Of a DNA stretch of 64,000 nucleotides, positions 21,895-31,558 are shown piece after piece (the stretch's first letter is position 1; each line of letters starts with the position of its first letter). Made by a program: the position numbers and the translations under genes. The notes beneath the pieces were generated by a model, which had not been told where the DNA came from, made no database searches, and saw only the letters and a program-made list of their open reading frames with translations. The DNA is from Andalucia godoyi And28 (taxonomy: Eukaryota > Protista > Jakobida): assembly GCA_009859145.1 (NCBI GenBank), contig VRVR01000013.1, positions 272,786-336,785 of the forward strand, read 5' to 3'.

Positions 21895-22335
21895 TAAATG
21901 CAATGGCATAGTACTTTCCCGCACCTTTTTGTTTTACATTACAGCTGCTGAGCCTATTATGGTGTGCTGCGAGACGAACGTCATTCGCAATCAGGGCGCG
22001 TGAGGAGCACATGGGCGTGCGAGCAGGGTTCTTGAGAGACTTCTCGTTTTGGGAGTTTGAAAGGGGGCTGCAAGGGCTGGGGATAATGATGGCGGGGGGT
22101 TCCCATTTCAGCCATTCCAAACGTTCATCTCTGTCTTGGTTCGTTTCGCATCGTCATCTTGCCATAAACAGCAAAAAACACAAACACAAAAAAATCCAAA
22201 GAACGAGGTTTGTTGTGTTTGGTGTTTTATTGGCGTGAAATAGCACTGTATGTAAGTATCGATTCACCATCAGTACAGATCAGAAAAAAACTGTGCATTC
22301 AAAAGAAAAGAACAAAAAAGTGGGGGGATTCCGGA

Positions 22336-25300
22336 ATGAAATCGTCTGGAGGTGCATCCAGGCATGGGATGACTGGGCATTCCCCGGTTGGAGTGTCTCA
22401 GAAGTACAAGCTGTCGGCTGTCATATCGCCCAAATCTTCTCATGCAAAGCCGAAAGCTGTTACTCGACTGACGTTTTCCACTCTGAAGTCGCACGATGGC
22501 AGCAAACGTGACGAAAGCGAAGAGGATCACTTATCGAACAGCAATAGCATTGTGTATAAGGTTCCAGGATCACCGGCCTCGTCAACGTCATCTGCGTCGT
22601 TTGCATCGTCGAATTTCGATCCTTCGGATGCGGGAAAGACGAAAAAGTACGCTGCGGATGAGCCGGATGCTGCGACGATCGAGCGGCACAGAGAGCTTAT
22701 GCAGGGAATGGATCTGTTTCTCAATCGAAAACAGGGCGAGCTGCCCGATCGAAACTTCATCACGCATGTCGCTGCGAGAATGGCAAAGGAAAACAAATTT
22801 CGATACCGTCCGACAACTGCGTTGCCTTCTCTTCTTGCCGTGCCGTCGCGGAAAAGGGCGGAAGAAGGCGTCGTGTCTCCGTCAGCGTCAGCGTCAGCGT
22901 CAGCGTCAGCGTCAGTGTCAGATCCCAGAGTGCAGGGGACTGTGCTTCGATCGACGAGTGCAATGGAAATGGGCGATTCAAAAATCCCTAGAGAATGGGA
23001 ACGATGGGAGTCCACGCCGATTGTACCATTGGAACGACCTGCTTCGTCCGCGGCGTATCTCGTCCGCTATGACCATCCGTCCGCTTCTAGGATCACTGCT
23101 ACGGACCTGGACGATCTGCCTGCGATGAATGATGACGGTTCGCATAGCTATCCTGCTTCTAATGCGGGTCGGCCTGCATCAAGACAGTTCTCGAGGACCA
23201 TTGATGATATGCAACTTGCAGACGATGGAATTGATGTTGCTGATGCGTACCCTGGAGGTGACTTCACAGATCATGAACAGTCGCAACCACAATCCCAGCT
23301 TCTGTCGTCGTCGTCTTTTTTATCACCGCAGCATCAGCAGCAGCAACAGATGAACAGCGCCGAAGCCAGAGCTGGCGAGACGAATCGGTTTGAGAAATGG
23401 CGGCGAAAGGTGTTTCCGTCGTTGATTCCTGCGACTCGCGAGCAAGTCAAGGCTCTCGAAGAGTTTTTCCTGACCTCTCTCGAGCGGCACGAAGAGGAAG
23501 CACGCGCACTGCCGACGCTGGATCCGAGTCTGCGACCCTCGGACCAAGAGATTGCGTCGCAGATGCTTGCGAAAGAGCTGTATCTCGTCGATGTTACAAT
23601 GTCTGAGCTCGTTCGTCAGGTTTCGACAGACTGCCGAGACCGTGGTTCGCTGCTCACCAGTCTCTACGAGTTGCTGGTGAAGCGCATTGAAGACTGCCCA
23701 TCACTGATTCAAAATCTCGAGACGCAGGTCCACTCGCTTTCTGATGAGGTCAAGCGCTTGGACTCTGAGAACGAGGAGAAGACAAAGAAGGTTGCAGAGC
23801 TGGAGATGACATCCTCGGATGCGATACGAAAGTCTGAGACGACAAAGCGCGAAACGGAGATGGTCAGACGCGATCTGCGGCACTCGGAGGCCATGATTAC
23901 GCGGCTCAATGAGGAGGTGAAGAACCTGAGGTCGGAGGTGGATCGTGCGGCACGATGGCGAGAGTTCCATGAATCTGTAGAATCGGAGTTGATGGCGCAG
24001 TGCAAGTACTATCAGAGAGTTGCCGTTGGACTTCGTGGCCGTTACGAAGATTTGCTGCGAAAGGGAAAAGCGACAGAGTCGTCGAGGTCAAAAGCAAAGC
24101 AAACGGAAGGACATTCTGACGATGACAATGATGGTGATGATGATCGGGGCTCTTCCGCTTCGGATGTTTCCATAGACGACGGAGAAGTTATCCGTCATTC
24201 CTCCAAGCAGGATTATGGGATTTCTGTGTCTCCACCGAACCTTTTGATTTCTGTTTCCAATTCGGAAGATGGTGGTGGTTCGTCGGACCCGACTTCACCA
24301 ATGATTGTCAGACCTGTTCCAACGTCCCCCGTCGTCCAACAGCAGCAGCAGCAGCAGCAGCAGCAGTTCGTGGATGACGGCTTCGAATCCCCAGACTCTG
24401 GAATTCCGGACGGTGTGCTGAGTGCAAACAAGAAGAAGAGACGAAGGCGGGACAGGGAATTCACCAATTCAATCCCGGTGTCCAAATATTCGACTCTTAC
24501 CAAGGGAGATCTTTCGAGATTCGCAGATGAAATTGGAAGTGAAAACGACGATCGATTGCCCGCTGGTGCTGTCTCCGCAGTAGAGAGAAAGCAGAGCATT
24601 CGTGTCGTCAAAGGAAGCAGATCTCCGTCCCTCGTGACCGTTACCAACGGTCCAATGCAGCAAGGCGGCATGGACAACATCGGTGCATCTACTTCTGATT
24701 CGGTGTCTGCAGACCAGGCTGTTGTGTTTGGGCGCGACGACGAGGAGATGGCAGACAATGGCTCAGAGGGACCTGACTCGTCTCTTGTCGATGAAAAATT
24801 TGCGCAGCATCACAAAATGCTTCGTGAATTGCAACGAACGTCGCAAGAGCAAGTTCGCCAGATCGAGCTCAGCCGTCAGCCGACATCCATTTTGAAAGAT
24901 GGGGAGCAAATCGAAAAGAAGAAGAGGAAGAAACAAGAGGAAGACCAGGAGAAATTGGCGGCGGGCGAGTTAGTAGAAGCCTCTCCTACGGCTCCAAACA
25001 AGGTCAGCTTTGGCTCCGCTCACGTGCAGATGCAAGAAGCTGCGGATGAACAAGAATATGAACCCGACCACGAGAATGACGATCATGATGCGGATGACGT
25101 CGAAGGACGCGGATCGGACAGTTCGGATGCTGTCGAGGAACTTCGTCCCCCTGTCGCAAAGAAGAGTCCTCTTCGGAAGAAGTCCAAGAAGCAGTCTGGC
25201 AAAGCGACGGATGCAGACGTGTGGGAGAAGGCTTCAAAGATCCGAAAAGATCGATATGGATCGAAAGACTCGATCAGCGATGACGGCTGGAAAGAGATCC

Positions 25301-27597
25301 TGGGCATCTCGCAGTCGAATGTTCAAGAAAAATTCGAAAAGAAGAAAAAGGAGCGCGCAAAGAGGAGGGCGGACGAAGAGTCGATCGCAAAATCATCTGC
25401 AGCTTTCTTGGCAATTCCGGCGGAGCGCCGCCGAACGGAGTCTTCAGCGTCCTCTGGCTCGGATGGTGCATGGGAAGATGTCATGGACTCGATTGCAGAA
25501 GGTACATCTTCGCTTTCTCGAGGCACCGTTGAAATGCTTGATAAGAACTGCCAGACAGATCTCAAGGACGATGTCGTCCCCGTCTCCAAAGATGAATTGG
25601 CACACGATAGCGGTGTTTCGGATTCTTCTCACGTGGACACAGATGAAGAAGAAGACCTGATTTCCGATTTGATGTCGTATTCAAAGACGTTCATCAAGGA
25701 TGGCGGCCTTTCGGACATGGAAGCGGCGATTGGGAAGAAACAAGAGGAGCAGACCAAGTCGAAGAACAAGAAGCGATCGAAACGGAAGTTTTCCAAGATT
25801 GAAATCGAGGCTATTTTGCTGCGGTTCCTTGAAAAGTTTGTTCCGTTCTTGCAATCACGCGCAGAACGAGAGTTCAGGACCGGGACTTCGTTTGCGCTGA
25901 CGACAAAGCCAGCGCCAAAGCCGCCGATGATGATCGAGGTTGCGATCAACACGGACTATGTGGCAGAAAGGAAGCGCAAGTACGATGATTCTGATCACAT
26001 TGGAAACTCGACAACCGAAGGGGGACTGGTTGCTGTGAACCCTTATGGAGCAACAGGAGGACTGGACAGCCAGGGCATGGCAGCAAGGTTCCAGCAGTCG
26101 CTGTTCCTTCGGAAATATGTCTTTCCTTACGAATCGGCAGACGCAATCCGGCACATTCACATGACTGCTATTTCCATGCGGCCCCAGAAGAGCTGGGGCT
26201 GGCTCTCCTCGACCGTGGAAAAAATACTGCAGCTCGCAACGTCTGCGATGCAGCATCATTCCGAACTTCATGTCGTTCAGCACTTGGGAGTCATTGCAAT
26301 TCAGCACTTCTCTTCGCAATATGGTCTCCATGCCCTCTTCGAGCAGTCCATCGTGGATTTTTATCGTGCCGTTGCGGCATACGCGCTGCGAGATGGGTAC
26401 ATTGAGCTGGTTCGTCGTTTTCTGGACGACGAATACAACGTTGATCAGTTATCGTTTTTCTTGTCTTTACGTTCCGCCGTTCTGCCGTTACTCTTTCTGC
26501 CGTCCGCCATGGAGACGGACGGATTTACACCGTCGTCGGAAAAAGGTCGATCAGCAGGTAGTGTTCAGCAATCTCAAGCTGTTGTCATTTCAAAGTCGTA
26601 TTTAACAATGGAAAGGGTCTCTGCTCTGGTGCATCGCTTTTTTGGCCATCGCTCGTCACAGGATCGGGCGCAGTTCCTGCAGCAGATTGATTCTGCGACT
26701 GAGTATCTTGGATACGGGGAGTCGTATAAGAAAATGGACGCGGCGAGATTTTTGCATCTGAGCGTCCTTGAATGGCGGCGAGATCAATTGCGGTACACTC
26801 TTCACATGACACATGTGTTCCGCATGATGGATACCCGGCGTGTGAGCGCTTTGTCTTCTGTCGATGCTGTCCGAGCAACCAGCTCTGTTTTCCCGCTGGT
26901 TCCTCAGGACTTGATTCAACGGTGGTTTGCGGAAGTTCCCGATGAGCGCGATGAGGACGAGAACGAAGAAGGGCTCGGGGAGAAGGAGGACGCCGTTGAT
27001 CTTCCTCGCTTCATGTCTGTGCTGCTTCCACGATTGCACTTTTGTTTAAGTCAGCGCCCGACGTCGGATTCAGCATCGATTCAGACCGCGACAGTGGTTC
27101 ATCGCCCAGGGTGCGATCCGATCAAGGTTTACGCGAACAACATGTACACTAATCCCACTGCATTTGGAGATCCGGACAATGCTGTTGGAGCGGAAGAGGA
27201 TGGCGCCAATTCACAGCAGTACTTCTTTGAAGATGCTCTAAACGACGCAATGTCCTCTCTGGTGCAGCGCCACTACCTTTCCTTTCATCCTATGCTGAAG
27301 AACATTATTTCGCGCCTTGCACAAGGAAATGGATCGCAGCTCGACAAGGACACGCTGCTCAAGGCGTGCGGTGTACTGACCCACAACGTCGAAGACCTTA
27401 TTGACAATCGTCGCGGAAATCGTGCTCTTGATGCATATCGACAGCTCCTGTCCATGGTTCTCGGTGCCATGCTGGTCATCGAGCGTCCGGAAAAGCGAGA
27501 CGCCGTCTTCGCAGACAGGGAACTGCTGCTGTATGAAGAGCTTGTCCTCGGCCGTGATCAATCATATTGCGACCGAGGGGATGTGTATGGCTGTTGA
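22336..27597 (+). CDS. Large coiled-coil protein with an axonemal dynein light chain (p28)-like domain (AXDND1-like), about 1753 aa
   Basis: ELYLVDVTMSELVRQVSTDCRDRGSLLTSLYE followed by coiled coil resembles the Ax_dynein_light domain; the C-terminal FSSQYGLHALFEQSIVDFYRAV..Y...IELVRRFL region resembles ciliary EF-hand/TSNAXIP1-type proteins. Confidence 0.7.
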   Translation: MKSSGGASRHGMTGHSPVGVSQKYKLSAVISPKSSHAKPKAVTRLTFSTLKSHDGSKRDESEEDHLSNSNSIVYKVPGSPASSTSSASFASSNFDPSDAGKTKKYAADEPDAATIERHRELMQGMDLFLNRKQGELPDRNFITHVAARMAKENKFRYRPTTALPSLLAVPSRKRAEEGVVSPSASASASASASVSDPRVQGTVLRSTSAMEMGDSKIPREWERWESTPIVPLERPASSAAYLVRYDHPSASRITATDLDDLPAMNDDGSHSYPASNAGRPASRQFSRTIDDMQLADDGIDVADAYPGGDFTDHEQSQPQSQLLSSSSFLSPQHQQQQQMNSAEARAGETNRFEKWRRKVFPSLIPATREQVKALEEFFLTSLERHEEEARALPTLDPSLRPSDQEIASQMLAKELYLVDVTMSELVRQVSTDCRDRGSLLTSLYELLVKRIEDCPSLIQNLETQVHSLSDEVKRLDSENEEKTKKVAELEMTSSDAIRKSETTKRETEMVRRDLRHSEAMITRLNEEVKNLRSEVDRAARWREFHESVESELMAQCKYYQRVAVGLRGRYEDLLRKGKATESSRSKAKQTEGHSDDDNDGDDDRGSSASDVSIDDGEVIRHSSKQDYGISVSPPNLLISVSNSEDGGGSSDPTSPMIVRPVPTSPVVQQQQQQQQQQFVDDGFESPDSGIPDGVLSANKKKRRRRDREFTNSIPVSKYSTLTKGDLSRFADEIGSENDDRLPAGAVSAVERKQSIRVVKGSRSPSLVTVTNGPMQQGGMDNIGASTSDSVSADQAVVFGRDDEEMADNGSEGPDSSLVDEKFAQHHKMLRELQRTSQEQVRQIELSRQPTSILKDGEQIEKKKRKKQEEDQEKLAAGELVEASPTAPNKVSFGSAHVQMQEAADEQEYEPDHENDDHDADDVEGRGSDSSDAVEELRPPVAKKSPLRKKSKKQSGKATDADVWEKASKIRKDRYGSKDSISDDGWKEILGISQSNVQEKFEKKKKERAKRRADEESIAKSSAAFLAIPAERRRTESSASSGSDGAWEDVMDSIAEGTSSLSRGTVEMLDKNCQTDLKDDVVPVSKDELAHDSGVSDSSHVDTDEEEDLISDLMSYSKTFIKDGGLSDMEAAIGKKQEEQTKSKNKKRSKRKFSKIEIEAILLRFLEKFVPFLQSRAEREFRTGTSFALTTKPAPKPPMMIEVAINTDYVAERKRKYDDSDHIGNSTTEGGLVAVNPYGATGGLDSQGMAARFQQSLFLRKYVFPYESADAIRHIHMTAISMRPQKSWGWLSSTVEKILQLATSAMQHHSELHVVQHLGVIAIQHFSSQYGLHALFEQSIVDFYRAVAAYALRDGYIELVRRFLDDEYNVDQLSFFLSLRSAVLPLLFLPSAMETDGFTPSSEKGRSAGSVQQSQAVVISKSYLTMERVSALVHRFFGHRSSQDRAQFLQQIDSATEYLGYGESYKKMDAARFLHLSVLEWRRDQLRYTLHMTHVFRMMDTRRVSALSSVDAVRATSSVFPLVPQDLIQRWFAEVPDERDEDENEEGLGEKEDAVDLPRFMSVLLPRLHFCLSQRPTSDSASIQTATVVHRPGCDPIKVYANNMYTNPTAFGDPDNAVGAEEDGANSQQYFFEDALNDAMSSLVQRHYLSFHPMLKNIISRLAQGNGSQLDKDTLLKACGVLTHNVEDLIDNRRGNRALDAYRQLLSMVLGAMLVIERPEKRDAVFADRELLLYEELVLGRDQSYCDRGDVYGC

Positions 27598-27795
27598 TGT
27601 TGACGGACCTCTCTGAGCACGTGATTCTTTCTTCCCGTCATGTCATTTATAATAAATTAATTATTTAAAAAATAAAATAAAATATAATATTAAAATATAA
27701 AAATATAAAAAAAAAACACGCAATGCAATGTAGTGCAATGCAGCATCATTCCTGAAGTGCGCACAGAGAGAACGAGCCTCTCTGCGCTCTTGTTT

Positions 27796-30700
27796 TTACC
27801 AAACATCATCGTACTGAGAGTACTGAGATCCAGCAGACTCTGAAAGGGTGCCCACGGACACGAGAGATTCCTGCGACATTTGCTGAGAAGCTGTCGACAT
27901 TCCCATGTTAACTGAGCCAACAGACGACTGCTGCGAGAACACCTGGTCATCCGCAGCTGGTGCCTTGGAAAGGGACGTACCAAACAGCTGTGAAGATGCC
28001 TGATGCTGCTGCATCTGGCCCAGTGGGATCGGAAGACCCATCAAGAGTCGATCTTGCGGACGCAACTCCCGGGGCTTCTGAAGCTGCACGCTGGTTTCCT
28101 TGAGTGCAGACAACGGTCCTTCCACCAACAATCGTTTCTCCTTGAAAAAGATCAACAGCAGATTCCAGATCGGTTGCCGAGACAACACCCGAGCATTCCC
28201 AACGATCACAAGACCATAGCGAGCTCGCGTCAGAGCAACGTTCAGACGTCGCGCATCCGAAAGGAAACCAATCCCTTGTCTTTCGTTCGATCGAACGCAC
28301 GACAAGATGATGTAGTCTTTCTCCCGGCCCTGGAAAGAGTCTACCGACGCGACCTCGACATCACGATACAATTGCGACCGCAGCGGTCCGACGCGCTGCA
28401 TGAGAGACACAATGTATGCTCGCTGTCCTTCGTATGGAGTGATCACGCCAATTCTGTCCGGGGTCACACCAGATTCAAGAAGACGAGTAACAAGACGCTC
28501 CACAAGAGCAGCCTCTGTTCGATTCAAATACGAGGTGCCGGATGCTGAAAGCTCCTCCACTCCCTGAGGAACGTGATGAACAAACATAGGGTTTTCAATA
28601 TCGGGCCAGGGGAAACCGCTGGATGAAGATGAACCGTTCGAAACCGTCAGCACACGTGACCGCTCTGTTGCCGTCACACCATTTTGCAAAGTCCCCTCGT
28701 AAAAATAGGTGGATGGAAACTCGGACAAGCACGGGTGCATACGGTACTGAACTTGCAATCGAATTGGCCTGTAGCCGAGAATGACCAAACGTTCAAACAA
28801 CGACCTCGAAAGCCCAGCCTCCGCCGCTTGCTTGCACACAATCACAGGACCAAGCTGGCAGTGATCACCCACAAGAACAACTTGCTGAGCACCCTTGACA
28901 AGAGGGATTAACGCCTCTGGCTCTGTCGCTTGCGTCGCTTCATCTAGTAACACGGTGCGGAAGAGCAAGCCAGCCATGCGTCCGTCTCCGGCACCGACGC
29001 ATGTTGTGCAGACCACTTCTGCAGACTTGAGCAAGTCCCGCTCGATTCGTCTCACAAGAACACGAACCTTGCGTCTGGACGCCTGGCTGAGTTCGGAAGA
29101 TGATCGACTGTTCTTCCCCTTTGAAGTGGAATTGGGTGTGGAAGAAAATGGATCAAAATCCTCGTCCCCTTCATCACCATCTTCTTCGTCGTCGTCATCG
29201 TCGTCGATTCCCTCGGCAACACGCACCAATCGCATCAATTCTGCCTTTTCAGCAGCAGAGAAGTTGCGAAACTCAGTGTATGCCTTCTTTGCCTCGGACT
29301 TGGGTTCGCCGGCATCTTTCTTTTTTCCGGCCTCTCCAGCCTCCAGCAGCGCTCTCAGAATTGCCGCAACTTGGCGATGCAGAGTGAGTTGCTCAACAAC
29401 AGGAGGCATCTGAACAGATTCGCGAGACCTTGCGCACAATCGGACAACCCGAAGGCCGGTTCGCTGAATCCGTTCTGATAGCTGGTCAACAGCAGTGTTC
29501 GAAGGAGCAGTGACAAGCACGGAGCCGTGTCCTTGGATGGATCTTGCCAAGTGGTACACCAAAGCAGCAGACGTAACGGTCTTTCCAGTGCCAGGAGGCC
29601 CCTGGATCAATGACAACGGTCTTTGCAGAACCGCGCGAATCGCCGCAACTTGAGAATGGTTGAGTTCAGGCAAGTTTGGAACAGAAAGCTTCTTGGGAAG
29701 GTTCACACCTCCAAAGTTCGTCATCGTCATGCCTCCAGAGTTCTTCGAATCTGCGGCTGCATCCACTGTGAATGACATTGAGTAGTCCTCCGGATGACCA
29801 AGCACGCGTGCATACACCGCATCTGAACAATACATTCTGCTCTTTTCGGTGCCCTTTTTTTGCCGAGAAGCAAATGTCTTGAGTGCGGCCATCATGCGAT
29901 CAAACGACGTACTCTTCCACACAAAATCAACGGAGAAGTTGGAGGAAAGGTCCACGGGAATGGGCGAGTGCGGAGAGTGAATTTCGAGCGCGACTTCCTC
30001 AGTCGACGTCAAGCGCACGATATGCCCGACAGCTTCCCACGCGTCATGTGCAGCATCACCCTGGTGCCGAAGTTTGAGCTCATCTCCGGGGACCAATCGC
30101 AGTTCATTATCTTCCTTGGGATACAAAAAGTATCCAATAGCACGATGATAATGATGATGATGATGTCCACCTGAAACACCAGAGCCATCCGGGTTAATGC
30201 CAGGATGCACATGTGCAGTGAGGTCCCACCGCACAGTAAGTCCTTCTCTGGTCTGCGACTCCTTCACTCGACGATCATATGCAGCTTCAAGCTTGACAAG
30301 AGGGGCCAAAATCGACATGTACTGCGCCCCGTCTTCATACACAAACTGAGCGGGTTGCACTTGCTCTTCCTTGGCAGCAGCAGCATTTTCGCCGACATTC
30401 GCCAGCGCGTCATTTGCAGCATTTGCAGCCGATCCCGAATTCTGCGTTGCCTTCCAGTGATCCTCCATCCTTTGCATGATTGTCGGTGTGACACTCTTTG
30501 CTTTGCGGACCTCTTCTTCTGACGGTGGAGGAACCAACCAGGAGACGAATGCTCGACCGACAATCAGCGGGTTCCAGGAAGCGAGGTCCCAGTCGGTGTC
30601 CTTCAGAGGTGACGAATGGAGGCACGGCTCGCGACACAGCAAAACCACCAATGCATCCGACTTTGAGGGAACGTACCCCAGCAAGAATACATTCTTGCAT

Positions 30701-31248
30701 CCGCAATTGTAACATTCAAGAGTCGAATCGCCTAAAGGCGAATCCGGGTGCAGCGAAACTTCTCGATATCGAGAGCGGACAAGGTGGGCAATAATGTGAG
30801 ACGCAGTCCCAATCACGACTCTGTTATTGGAAGAGATCGACGGTCCCAGTTGCGTCGATGAGCTGCCGATCGACGTGACATCTCCAAGCGCATTCGATGT
30901 TTCGTCACCAACTGCCTGTGATGGCACCGAGCTTTGTTGTTGCTGTTGTTGCTGCTGTTGCTGTTGTTCTTGCTGCTGTTGCTGCTGCTTCTGCTGTAAA
31001 TACGGGTCAAAAGGATGGATGTTCGAAGTCAGAGTATGCGAGGAATTGCAGAACCAGCGCTTAGTCGTTGCGCATCGAACGACGGATGACGGGTTGGAGA
31101 TTCCACAATACGCACACGCATGCTCGGGGAGATCCGACGCTTCTGCATGCAGAAGCGTGTGGGACTGGGATGGCTGCTGTGCAGAAGCCGATGCAGAGTC
31201 CGACAGTGAAAGAGAAGAAGCCAGGGCCGCTGACAGTGACAATGACAT
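27796..31248 (-). CDS. UPF1: UPF1 RNA helicase (nonsense-mediated decay)
   Basis: CH domain (LPEHACAYCGISNPSSVVRC, EVSLHPDSPLGDSTLECYNCGCKNVFLLGY); SF1 motifs LIQGPPGTGKT, VLLDEATQATEPE, LVGDHCQLGP, LQVQYRMHP, SVDSFQGREKD, RRLNVALTRA. Confidence 0.98.
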   Translation of the reverse strand: MSLSLSAALASSLSLSDSASASAQQPSQSHTLLHAEASDLPEHACAYCGISNPSSVVRCATTKRWFCNSSHTLTSNIHPFDPYLQQKQQQQQQEQQQQQQQQQQQSSVPSQAVGDETSNALGDVTSIGSSSTQLGPSISSNNRVVIGTASHIIAHLVRSRYREVSLHPDSPLGDSTLECYNCGCKNVFLLGYVPSKSDALVVLLCREPCLHSSPLKDTDWDLASWNPLIVGRAFVSWLVPPPSEEEVRKAKSVTPTIMQRMEDHWKATQNSGSAANAANDALANVGENAAAAKEEQVQPAQFVYEDGAQYMSILAPLVKLEAAYDRRVKESQTREGLTVRWDLTAHVHPGINPDGSGVSGGHHHHHYHRAIGYFLYPKEDNELRLVPGDELKLRHQGDAAHDAWEAVGHIVRLTSTEEVALEIHSPHSPIPVDLSSNFSVDFVWKSTSFDRMMAALKTFASRQKKGTEKSRMYCSDAVYARVLGHPEDYSMSFTVDAAADSKNSGGMTMTNFGGVNLPKKLSVPNLPELNHSQVAAIRAVLQRPLSLIQGPPGTGKTVTSAALVYHLARSIQGHGSVLVTAPSNTAVDQLSERIQRTGLRVVRLCARSRESVQMPPVVEQLTLHRQVAAILRALLEAGEAGKKKDAGEPKSEAKKAYTEFRNFSAAEKAELMRLVRVAEGIDDDDDDEEDGDEGDEDFDPFSSTPNSTSKGKNSRSSSELSQASRRKVRVLVRRIERDLLKSAEVVCTTCVGAGDGRMAGLLFRTVLLDEATQATEPEALIPLVKGAQQVVLVGDHCQLGPVIVCKQAAEAGLSRSLFERLVILGYRPIRLQVQYRMHPCLSEFPSTYFYEGTLQNGVTATERSRVLTVSNGSSSSSGFPWPDIENPMFVHHVPQGVEELSASGTSYLNRTEAALVERLVTRLLESGVTPDRIGVITPYEGQRAYIVSLMQRVGPLRSQLYRDVEVASVDSFQGREKDYIILSCVRSNERQGIGFLSDARRLNVALTRARYGLVIVGNARVLSRQPIWNLLLIFFKEKRLLVEGPLSALKETSVQLQKPRELRPQDRLLMGLPIPLGQMQQHQASSQLFGTSLSKAPAADDQVFSQQSSVGSVNMGMSTASQQMSQESLVSVGTLSESAGSQYSQYDDVW

Positions 31249-31558
31249 TTCTTCTTCTTCTTTTGTTTTCCTGATTGCTATGTCTCTGCTCGACTCACAC
31301 GTTGAAAATAGGAAGACGAGGGCAAGAAACTGAGGTGCGAGGACTGATTAAGAAAGCACAAAAAATTAATAATAATTAAAAGACAAAATGCAAAAAATGC
31401 AAAAATACAAAAGAAATTCAAAGGAAGAAAAGCCCCAAAGGCTTTTTCTAAAGAAGGAGGCAAAAGAGCGACTGACTGCAAAATGACGGAGTATCGTAAG
31501 AGGAGGGATTGTACAGCTGGTAAAAGCCCCTCCCGACAGTTGATTTTTCGCCGGGGGG

